Position numbers and translations under genes: made by a program. The notes under the pieces are model-generated. The model worked only from the letters and a program-made list of their open reading frames with translations. It made no database searches and was not told the DNA's origin. A DNA stretch of 64,000 nt from Oikopleura dioica (lineage: Eukaryota; Animalia; Chordata). Location: assembly GCA_907165135.1 (NCBI GenBank), contig OU015567.1, positions 2,728,001-2,792,000 on the forward strand. Reading direction: 5' to 3'. Positions within the stretch are counted from its first letter, which is position 1; each line of letters begins with the position of its first letter. Below are positions 37,244 to 47,360 of the stretch, in pieces.

Positions 37244-37745
37244 CTAGGGTCGGCACCGACCACCATTTTTCGTGGTCGGTTTGGTCGGTCCCCGTGAAAA
37301 GAGGCCGAATCCGTGGTCGTTTTGGTCGGTCGGGTCGGCTTTTTCGGTCGGTTTTTTTGGTCGGTTTTTTTAAAGAGCAAAATTAACATTTGTCAACATT
37401 CTTCTATCGCACACAGCCCTCGAGGGCCTCGGATCGAAGCATTTTACTGTGACAGTCGATTTGCCATGAAAAGTTAAATTTTCAAAAGCTTTAGCCCGGA
37501 CTCGCCGTCGATTTTTCTCTTGTCGCCGGAGAGAAATAAAAAAAAATCGCTAAAATGCGTAGGTTAAAACCGACCAAAAACCGACCAACCCGACCAAAAG
37601 ACACAAAAAAACCGACCAAAACCGACCAAAAGCCGACCATCCAAAATCGAGGTACAAAATCTGAGGTCGGGCTGGTTGGTGCCCATAAAAACCCGACCAT
37701 TTCCGACCAGGTCGGGTTTTTTGGTCGGGTCGGTGCCGACCCTAG
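37244..37745. mobile_element. hAT-like MITE (502 bp) inserted into a piggyBac-like end
   Basis: Exact 8-bp TSD GTCTCGAG (37236-37243 and 37746-37753); perfect 18-bp TIR CTAGGGTCGGCACCGACC; many subterminal CCGACC/GGTCGG motifs. Confidence 0.88.
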
Positions 37746-37766
37746 GTCTCGAGCGCTTAAAATTAG

Positions 37767-37996
37767 CCTATCTCGAGCGCGAGCGCATCTTCATGCGCTC
37801 GTGGTCTAGAAGATTTTTTGCCAGATGCCAAATAGAGGCAATTTCTCTTGAAATGGCTTATTTTCCACGTCTCCGAGACCTAGAAAACACCAACATGCGC
37901 GTCTTAGGCAAGAATAATCCATTGTGAGTGGTTAGATTTGCGAAAAAATCTTCTAGACCACGAGCGCATGAAGATGCGCTCGCGCTCGAGATAGGG
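37767..37996. mobile_element. piggyBac-like foldback MITE
   Basis: About 50-bp TIR CCTATCTCGAGCGCGAGCGCATCTTCATGCGCTCGTGGTCTAGAAGATTTTTT; right end GATAGGG|TTAA (37997-38000); a related end TTAA|CCCTGTCTCGAG at 37228. Confidence 0.75.
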
Positions 37997-38351
37997 TTAA
38001 AGACAATGTCTATTTTCTTGTCAAGTCTGTACATTCTGCGATGTCTAATAAACATCATGAAAATCAACAAAAACTCTCTAGATCCGCCGTAGAGCCTCGT
38101 TCCAGACGTGCTTGGTGTCTATTACGTAACGCGCTTTCACCATCTTCCGAACCCGTGACACACACGCGACCACACAGTTTACCTGCCTTGGTCACAAGTC
38201 ACCCGGGCGCCCATTGGCCCTCAGCAGAATTTTATTCTTATTGTCAGAAGGCAAAACAGAAAGAAAAAAGAAAACGACTTTGATTTAATTTCAAAAGAGA
38301 GCGGTTTCTGATTCTTTTTTGAAATCTAAAAAGAAAACTAACGATTTGAAG

Positions 38352-39410
38352 ATGTCGGTTGCCATGAAGATTAAACGAGTTAAGGTGAGATCACGTGATA
38401 ATTTCTTTTTGACGAAGATGGTGTTTCAGGTGAACAGCGCTTCCGAACTGCCAGAAAACGCCGCTGAAACTCCCGGAGGAACCATGTTCGCCTTCACTCC
38501 CGGTGGAACTAAGATCATCTACGACCGGGACTTCCTCCTCCACCTCAAGCATTCTCCAGCTTCAAAGGTAAGAATGCTAGGGGAGAGCTACTTTTCTCTC
38601 TTTTTCCTTGACAATTTTGATTTTGTGAAGATAAGACAGTTTTGTTTAAACTCTTCAATTAACAAATTATGCTTAAAAACGTTCTACAATTGTTTCTAGG
38701 GAAAACCAAACCTGCCAAATATTCCAGGTGTTACCACCCCGACTTCTCCACTTGCTACAGGTAAAATCGGCTTTGATTTAACGGAACTCGTTGTGAAAAA
38801 CTAAAATACGAAGGAAAAACTTCTGAAATTGAGCTTTAAATTTTGATAAATTTGACAATTTCGGGCTTGAGTCACGGTATTTTCTTGATATGATGAGCCG
38901 AAAACAACGATACTATCGGTATCTATTCATTTTCAATCAGCAACACGAGTTGAACTCTGAAAATCAAATTAGTTTTTACGTATGATTTTGAGAAAGACAA
39001 AATTGCCCTGTATTTTGTAACCATATCAAAACCAACAGAGCGTCATTTCGCGGAATGAAAACAAAATGACATCCTCGTACGAACGGGCCGATCATTTTGG
39101 GCTAAATATTCCCGAAACCAGGAAGTTTGTTCAACAAACCTTTTCAAAAAGAATCAACTGAGTCAGACATTTTCTTACTTTTTTTAAATTATTCGAGAAC
39201 AAACGTGTCTCATTAATTAGTTTCAAGTAGGGAAAATAAATAGCTGGCTCAGACAAGCCTATTTTAAGAGCACTTAATTTCCAATTAAAGTTTTATTTTT
39301 TCTAAAACTCTCTTTTAGAGTCCTGCAGCGGCACTATCAAAGAAGAAAAGGAACCAGAAGTCGAAGAGGAGCAAGAAGAAGAGCAACATGACGATGACAT
39401 GGAGCTCTAG
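38352..39410 (+). CDS. 4E-BP: eIF4E-binding protein
   Basis: Four exons with GT-AG introns give ..[58 protein letters not shown]; YxxxxL-phi motif YDRDFLL. Confidence 0.92.
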
Positions 39411-42400
39411 AAACTTCAAACCAAAATCACGATCCCTAAACTGACTAGTAGCTATTCTTTTTTGCGAGGAATACCTGTATCACTGCTCAAAAAGTACAAA
39501 TAAAAATAAAAAAACGAAATCGAATGACGCATTTTAGGAGAAATTGACGCAGGCTTGGGCTAAAATGAAAGTCGTAAACGCTTTTTAACGTGTTTTGGGG
39601 TCATAGTCTCGAGGACATCGTGATATGGAGAGTTCAAGTTCGGCCTCTCCTCTCAACAAAAAGGAAGTGGACCAACTTGACCTTATTTTTTTGTCTGTAA
39701 GGGCCTCAAAATCATTTTTATTGGGAAGAGATCCTGTAGCACTTAGTTTAAGTCTTGAGAAAAGATAGCTTTTCGAAAAGATTCTGAGTCAGGCTATTCA
39801 AAAAGTCAAGAAGTTTCAAATTTCCATAACCCGCATCTCCTCAAAGCGCTGCTAGTGCATAAGTACCCGAACCCTTGGAATTTCAGAAGAAAGGATCACC
39901 TGCACTTTAAAGCGTCCAATCTTGGGAACGCTTAATGCAAAGTACCTTTTAAAAGTACCCTTGTGCTGGCAAGATAAAGAGCAGACTGTGGTCGGAAACG
40001 CTTACCATTTTTCCCGTGTTCGGGAGATATGGATCAGCCCATGCAAAAGTGGCATGTTTGAGAATGCCACGCCCGGCCGCAAGCATCAGCAGGGTATTTT
40101 CCGCAAAATACGATGTTCTTTCTATTTTCGGGAACCGCTTCCGCTCAGTTACGAAAACGAAAGTTCATGCTTCTATATTTTACCGTAAATTGGATATCCA
40201 AATTTTACGTATATTCGGCTGATAAAGATGCCTCACTTTCCACGTGGCATAAATTAGAATAACACCGACTTTCATTATCGACAAAAGCCGATTATCGCAT
40301 CGCTCGCTCTTATCGTTGAGGATTGTGATAAGGATGCAAATTTCGTGCTTCGTAAATACAGGAGAGGTCTGGAACGTATAACGCGCTCTTCCGTTTACTC
40401 TCAGCGCGTCATCCTAATTTTCAAGAGCTTGATGCTAAGCACGAACGCTGCTTCTCAGAATTGTGCGCAAGTTTGTTGTTGGGTCAGACAAGTTCTGTCG
40501 TCAAAATAATTGCTTAACTAACGAGAGGGAAATGTTATAAAGCTTTTGGTAAAACTCAAAGATTCATTTTCATAACATTTGAATTTAACATCAATAAATT
40601 TAACTTAATTATTTATGCTGGATAAATTAAGCCACATAAAGAACTGAATTATTCTCTAGTTACCACGTTCTTTGCGTACAGATGTCCGCCAAAAAACAAC
40701 ATACCATAGGTAGATATATATTAAACAATATACATGATATAGAAAAGGGTGTAACCTAAATCAAAAAAAAATTATTTATTAATGGAAAAATAGAGCAAAA
40801 TTTTAAAATTGAATTCCATTTTAACTTTGATTTCATTCAAATGGTTATCATATCATAATGATCGATGAGTACGGTACTATTTGGAGGGCGCCTTATTCCG
40901 AACGCTGGAATATGGAATTTCCTAGGTGGCGCTTTCAAACCCGCGCTTGAGTAAAACCCTATCTCCATCTGCTCTCGTCAGTCAATTTCTTCGACGCGAA
41001 AAAATTGAGAACACTTCAAAATGAAGTTGCTCGCCACCGTTGTTACCCTCGCTGCTGCACGAAAAGGTGAGAATTTCAGAGACAAAACTAAGATTAACCG
41101 ATTTTCTAGACTCATGCAACAACACTCCACCAGAGGGAACCATCATCCTCGGCCATGACGAGAACTTCAACTACGCCGTCACTGCCGAAGACGTCGCCAA
41201 CTGGTCCGCTTGTGGCCCCAACGCCGACTGCACCAAAATCCGAGGCTGGAACTTCGAGTGTGCCTGTAAAGAAGGTTTCATCGATTACGCCCCAGAAGAC
41301 TACCGAAAGGGCTCGTGCTACGATTCCTGCTTCACCGCTGTCATCCCAGACAACTCATCTTGCGATGTCGATGCTGACGGCAATGCTTTCTGGACCTGCG
41401 ATGACGGTTACTACCAGTCTTCCGTAGAAATCGAAGGATCCGGTTCCGGAGACGCCGAATTCGAAGACGTTTGCTTCTTTGACTCTTGCGCTACCGATCC
41501 ATGCGCTGACAACGCCGACTGCGCTGCCGATGGTGACTCCCACGTCTGCTCCTGCTCCGCTGGATTCTTCGACTTCAACGGTGATGCTTCACTCTGTGTT
41601 CCAGACAACTGTGCTGCTGGTACTGGTGGATGTGATGCCGACGCTACCTGCTCCGTCGATCTTCCCGATGAGGACGGCAACGGTCAGAACTCCTGCACTT
41701 GCAACGCCGGCTTCTACGGCGATGGAGAGGAATGCTTCGTCGACTCTTGCGCTCTGAGCCCATGCCAAGATGACGCCACCTGCGCTAACGTTGGTGATGA
41801 CTTCACCTGTACTTGCAATGAAGGCTTCTACCTCGGATACGCTCCATATGAAGGTTCCGGTGAAGGTTCCACCTGGGACGACCCAGCAGCCTGCCACGTC
41901 GATGTCTGCGCTTCCGCCAACCCATGCGATGTCGATGCTGCTTGCACCAACAACGCTGATGGTTCCACCAGCTGCGCTTGCAACGCCGGCTTCTATGGTG
42001 ACGGATACGAGTGCTTTGTCGATTCCTGTGCCCTCAGCCCATGCCAGGCCGACTCCACTTGCGCCAACGACGGAGATGACTACACCTGTACTTGCAATGC
42101 TGGTTTCTACTACGGTACCGTGTCTGTCGAGGGCTCTTCCGGAGACTGGAGAGACGAGGACGCCTGCCATGTTGATGTCTGCGCTTCCGCCAACCCTTGC
42201 GATGCTGATGCTTCCTGCGCCAACAACGCTGATGGCTCCCAGACTTGCACTTGCAACGCCGGTTTCTACGGTGACGGAATTGAATGCTTCGTTGACTCCT
42301 GCGCCCTCAGCCCATGCCAAGCCGACTCCACTTGTGCCAACGAAGGTGATTCGTTCTCTTGCACTTGCAACGCCGGTTTCTACGAAGGCTTCACGACCGT

Positions 42401-43403
42401 TGAAGGATCTACTGGAGACTTCCGAGACGAGGTCGCTTGCCATGCCGATATCTGCGATTCTGCCTCTAACCCATGCAATGCTAACGCCTCGTGCGACAAC
42501 AACGCTGATGGTTCCCAAACTTGCACTTGCAACTTTGACTTCAAGGGTGACGGTGTCGACTGTACCGATATTGGTCTCTTGAACCAGGCCGAGATCCTTG
42601 CTAGACTTTCTGACTTCGACTCTGACGCAGCTGGTATCGACGATCCCAAGATCGCCAAAAAATTCAACAAGGCCATGGGCAAGTACCCAACCAGCCATGT
42701 CGACAACTACGTGTCTGAGTGCATGAACAAGCGAGAGGTTAATGCTCTCATCGAAGAAGCTGAAGCTGACGACATTTCCGCAGAAGAAGAACTCCTTGGA
42801 TGGGATATCTCCGATGCCTGCTCTTATGCCTAGGGTCCACGCTCAAAAAATGAAACTTTTTAAATATTGCTTTTGGGCTGTTTTCATCAATATAAAAGTT
42901 AAAGATCTCGAAGAAAAGAGTAAAATAAACAAAATTTCAACCCGATATAAAAAAGGGTTGAGGAGTTATGACGAAGAAACACCCAGAAAACCATGAAGAA
43001 CGACTCGAAAAAATTTTTAATCAACACAGGGGAAATTGAAGCCCTTTTTTAACCCTAAATCGACCATAAATTTTTTGGAGGATGAAGTTCTTCGTCAGTA
43101 ATCCCGTAAATATGGCGCAAAAAATGCGAAAATCAGCGGCGCGCAGCTCGCTGAGCGCGCGACCGCCTAAGGGCACCGCAAGGGTGGCCGCGACGAAACT
43201 TCTTCAGAAATTCATAATTTTCAAATAAGTATTAGTTAAAATAAAATAATAATAAAGAAGTCGGAAAAATATGATGAAAAAACTAAAAAAAGAATAAATT
43301 TTCAACAAAGTCATAAATTTTGAGAAAATTTAGAAATTTTTTTCTGTTTTGTAAAGACCATAATATAAAAAAATAAATGAAAAATAAGAAAAACTAATAA
43401 TAC

Positions 43404-43423
43404 GGGTGAGGGTGGGGTTGGGG
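43404..43423 (+). other. Canonical G-quadruplex motif
   Basis: GGGTGAGGGTGGGGTTGGGG: four runs of at least 3 G with 1-3 nt loops, 48 nt before the array. Confidence 0.6.
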
Positions 43424-43470
43424 ACATGGCTGGGCTAAACAAAATCAGCCGGGTAGAGTTGACGGCCTAT

Positions 43471-44965
43471 GTCAAGCCCATTTAATTTTAAAAGCCAGGG
43501 ATGGGGCTGAGACGGCCCGAAGGGCCGTCAAGCCCATTTAATTTTAAAAGCCAGGGATGGGGCTGAGACGGCCCGAAGGGCCGTCAAGCCCATTTAATTT
43601 TAAAAGCCAGGGATGGGGCTGAGACGGCCCGAAGGGCCGTCAAGCCCATTTAATTTTAAAAGCCAGGGATGGGGCTGAGACGGCCCGAAGGGCCGTCAAG
43701 CCCATTTAATTTTAAAAGCCAGGGATGGGGCTGAGACGGCCCGAAGGGCCGTCAAGCCCATTTAATTTTAAAAGCCAGGGATGGGGCTGAGACGGCCCGA
43801 AGGGCCGTCAAGCCCATTTAATTTTAAAAGCCAGGGATGGGGCTGAGACGGCCCGAAGGGCCGTCAAGCCCATTTAATTTTAAAAGCCAGGGATGGGGCT
43901 GAGACGGCCCGAAGGGCCGTCAAGCCCATTTAATTTTAAAAGCCAGGGATGGGGCTGAGACGGCCCGAAGGGCCGTCAAGCCCATTTAATTTTAAAAGCC
44001 AGGGATGGGGCTGAGACGGCCCGAAGGGCCGTCAAGCCCATTTAATTTTAAAAGCCAGGGATGGGGCTGAGACGGCCCGAAGGGCCGTCAAGCCCATTTA
44101 ATTTTAAAAGCCAGGGATGGGGCTGAGACGGCCCGAAGGGCCGTCAAGCCCATTTAATTTTAAAAGCCAGGGATGGGGCTGAGACGGCCCGAAGGGCCGT
44201 CAAGCCCATTTAATTTTAAAAGCCAGGGATGGGGCTGAGACGGCCCGAAGGGCCGTCAAGCCCATTTAATTTTAAAAGCCAGGGATGGGGCTGAGACGGC
44301 CCGAAGGGCCGTCAAGCCCATTTAATTTTAAAAGCCAGGGATGGGGCTGAGACGGCCCGAAGGGCCGTCAAGCCCATTTAATTTTAAAAGCCAGGGATGG
44401 GGCTGAGACGGCCCGAAGGGCCGTCAAGCCCATTTAATTTTAAAAGCCAGGGATGGGGCTGAGACGGCCCGAAGGGCCGTCAAGCCCATTTAATTTTAAA
44501 AGCCAGGGATGGGGCTGAGACGGCCCGAAGGGCCGTCAAGCCCATTTAATTTTAAAAGCCAGGGATGGGGCTGAGACGGCCCGAAGGGCCGTCAAGCCCA
44601 TTTAATTTTAAAAGCCAGGGATGGGGCTGAGACGGCCCGAAGGGCCGTCAAGCCCATTTAATTTTAAAAGCCAGGGATGGGGCTGAGACGGCCCGAAGGG
44701 CCGTCAAGCCCATTTAATTTTAAAAGCCAGGGATGGGGCTGAGACGGCCCGAAGGGCCGTCAAGCCCATTTAATTTTAAAAGCCAGGGATGGGGCTGAGA
44801 CGGCCCGAAGGGCCGTCAAGCCCATTTAATTTTAAAAGCCAGGGATGGGGCTGAGACGGCCCGAAGGGCCGTCAAGCCCATTTAATTTTAAAAGCCAGGG
44901 ATGGGGCTGAGACGGCCCGAAGGGCCGTCAAGCCCATTTAATTTTAAAAGCCAGGGATGGGGCTG
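43471..44965. repeat. Tandem array of a 56-bp unit, about 26.7 copies, no variant seen
   Basis: Unit GTCAAGCCCATTTAATTTTAAAAGCCAGGGATGGGGCTGAGACGGCCCGAAGGGCC; the same phase recurs at 43501 and 44341 (840 = 15 x 56). Confidence 0.97.
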
Positions 44966-46125
44966 TGACAAAAAAAAGAGGGATAAACATTTTTAGAATT
45001 TAGATTTTTAAATTTAATTTAGAAGAACCGAGTTTTTATTAAATTGTTATTAATGAAAGTTATTTTTAGTTAAATTTTATGTTTTCATTCCTTAAAAATA
45101 TTTTATTTTACATTTATTATGGCAGAAAAAGAGAAAAGCCAAATTTTATATCAAAGAAAATTTGTTTTCTTTGTGGACACCCTTGCAGCGCCTGAGGCAT
45201 CGCGCCGCGCGCTCTTTGAAAATGGCTCAGAATTTACGAAAAATTGTCGATTTCTTAAAAGTTAGGCCATCCTCCAAAAAACAGATTTCAGTTTCGAATT
45301 ATTTATACAAAATTTCATATTTTTAACATTTTAAATTTTTAAAAACGGGTGTTCTTGGGTGATTTTGCATTTTCGCCCACTTTGTGGCCTCATAATTTCT
45401 CAACCCTTTTATAGATTTTTTTTGTTCAAGTGTCAAAATGCTTGTTTTTTATAGTTGTCTTTCATATCTAATTTTTGGAATTATACGAGCATTATTTCGG
45501 GTAGCTATTTTTTGAGCGTGGACCCTACTTATGCCAAGGATCTTGCTGTAAGAACTTTAAAAGAGTTACTGTTTCTGACTAAATTTTTAGACCGCCAACA
45601 ACCGATTCCTGAAGCGATGGGCCTGCGTCGACCAGTGGAACTTTAACGCTGATGCCAAGGACCTCAAGAAAGAAAACAAGAACCTCCGAAAGAAGATGAA
45701 GAAGGTCGAAAAGAAACTCAAGCAGTTCTCGAGCAAGGTCAACGCCGCCCTCAAATGCTAATTTTCTCTTTCCTTCTGTTATCAAGAATTTGAAATCCGC
45801 AAATTTTTGATAAATTAACTTACCTCACAAGATCAACTACTCCTTTATGTTCAATAAACATATTTCAAGAATACTTTCTTGCGTTTTTATTGTGTTGTCA
45901 AAATATTGTGATTTCTAAAATAAAGAAATGTAGCTGAGATTTTGAGCAATAAATTTATTAAAAACTCACATTGTTGCGAATAGAAAAATATAGATTTCTT
46001 TTTAGGTTCTTTTAGGCAATAAAATTGAGAAATCAGTATTTTCATGCATGGACAAGAATACAGAGAGCGCCTCATTTTTCAATAAAATATTGCCTCCACA
46101 TATCGAATGACCATTCATTTTTACG

Positions 46126-46492
46126 TATAAAAGGGGGGGTCACAATTACGGGCAAATTCTTCCCGAAGCACACAATTACCACACAATATAACGGGTTCAA
46201 TATTCTTCCCTGGGCTTACTAAGTTAACGGGTTTCAGATTCGCGAAATGAATTGAGCGCCCATGGCAAACTTGCTCTTCGTTTTTTTCTAGAAGTGTAGT
46301 TTGGATTTTCTAGAAATGCCAAGAACAAAATTCAATTGGTTCGCCGATTTCAAGTTCAACTGAGTTCGCTCAATTCATTTTGAGAATCTGAAACCCGTTA
46401 ACTTAGTGAGTCTAGGGAAGAATATTGAACCCGTTATAATTGTGTGCCGCGGGAAGCATTTGCCCGTTATAATTGTGACCCCCCCTTTTATA
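46126..46492. mobile_element. MITE with about 130-bp imperfect TIRs and TA-type ends (Tc1/mariner-like)
   Basis: TATAAAAGGGGGGGTCACAATTA.. versus ..TAATTGTGACCCCCCCTTTTATA; internal inverted match AACGGGTTCAATATTCTTCCCT / AGGGAAGAATATTGAACCCGTT. Confidence 0.8.
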
Positions 46493-46505
46493 ACGTTTAG
46501 AATTA

Positions 46506-47078
46506 CCTCGGGTACCTGATTTACTGCCGCTTTTTTGGCACCAAAATTTCGAAAATCCGGCATTAAATTGGAATCGATCTTGGAATTGATTTGGTCGAGA
46601 TTTTTGGTTATTAAAAGAGTCTGTAGACAGAGTTTTTTGTTAACTGCTTTTGATTTTAAGCGATACTACTCAAAACAACATAATGGACAATCAAAAAAGG
46701 GCTATTTACAGACGAAATAATTCTGCATGCAGAATAGTGCTGCATATAAGAAAAACAACTTCTATCAAAGAAGCCGCGAGAGTAGAGTCTCTTTCTGAAA
46801 GTCCGTCATCTTCAAAAATAAGTTCCCTACAAGAAGTCGCGAGCAAGGACCGTTAATAGTTCTGCATTCGGCAGAATAGTTTTGTTGAGCGCAGAATAGG
46901 CTATTCTGAATAGCTCTTCTTTTTGCAGAATAGTTCCATTTTTTGCAGAGTAGTTCTACATGCAGAAAAGTTTCGACCACCTCTCCGAAAAAAGCGGCAT
47001 TAAATTGGAATTTGCAGGTTACCGATTTTTCAAAAAAAGCGGCATTAAATTGGGCGGCATTAAATCGGGTACCCGAGG
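46506..47078. mobile_element. MITE with TA TSD and CCTCGGGTACC TIR, containing the CTATTCTGCA module
   Basis: TA|CCTCGGGTACCTGATTTA ... TAAATCGGGTACCCGAGG|TA; subterminal GCGGCATTAAATTGG repeats. Confidence 0.75.
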
Positions 47079-47360
47079 TAAATGATTCGCAAATCCTCTT
47101 CCTCATCCTACTCTTTCTCAAAACTAGAAGAATTATTTGTAACGTTTTTTGAAAGACGAATTCAGTATGGATCGTGTTTGAAATACAAACAAGTTATGAG
47201 TATTTTGAAAAGTGGAAGCACGAGACAAACGCATTTCTTTTAGTCAGGAAATGATCCCTAGGTGGCGTTTGGCTTAGTTCGCGAGTACCATCATAATTCT
47301 AGAAAATATGCTCATTCGGTTTCTTTCAACGCGGCTGACACACAAAAAACTTTTTTACCG

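Larger units (their letters stand above)
42831..45527. mobile_element. 2697-bp non-autonomous hAT-like element carrying a satellite array
   Basis: Exact 8-bp TSD CTTATGCC (42823-42830 and 45528-45535); TIR TAGGGTCCACGCTCAAAAAA; imperfect subterminal inverted similarity over a few hundred bp; no transposase ORF. Confidence 0.92.
41021..45761 (+). pseudogene. Secreted EGF-repeat protein copy 1 (10 EGF-like domains), truncated by a transposon-derived TAG at 42831-42833
   Basis: Signal exon MKLLATVVTLAAARK and long EGF exon to ..DACSYA*. The remainder (KDLA|GT..AG|DRQHRFLKRWAC..ALKC*, stop 45759-45761) lies after the insertion and matches intact copy 2. Confidence 0.85.

Noticed and set aside
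37491-38070. ORFs with KPT/VG repeats
   Set aside because: These are translations of the CCGACC subterminal repeats and TIRs of nested MITEs.
43500-43560. Hammerhead ribozyme in the repeat (CTGA-GA followed by a hairpin)
   Set aside because: It lacks the N7 position of CUGANGA and the GAAA after stem II, and no stems I/III could be built on either strand.
43471-44965. CRISPR array (palindromic repeat with regular spacing)
   Set aside because: The intervening sequences are identical rather than unique spacers, there are no cas genes, and the context is eukaryotic.
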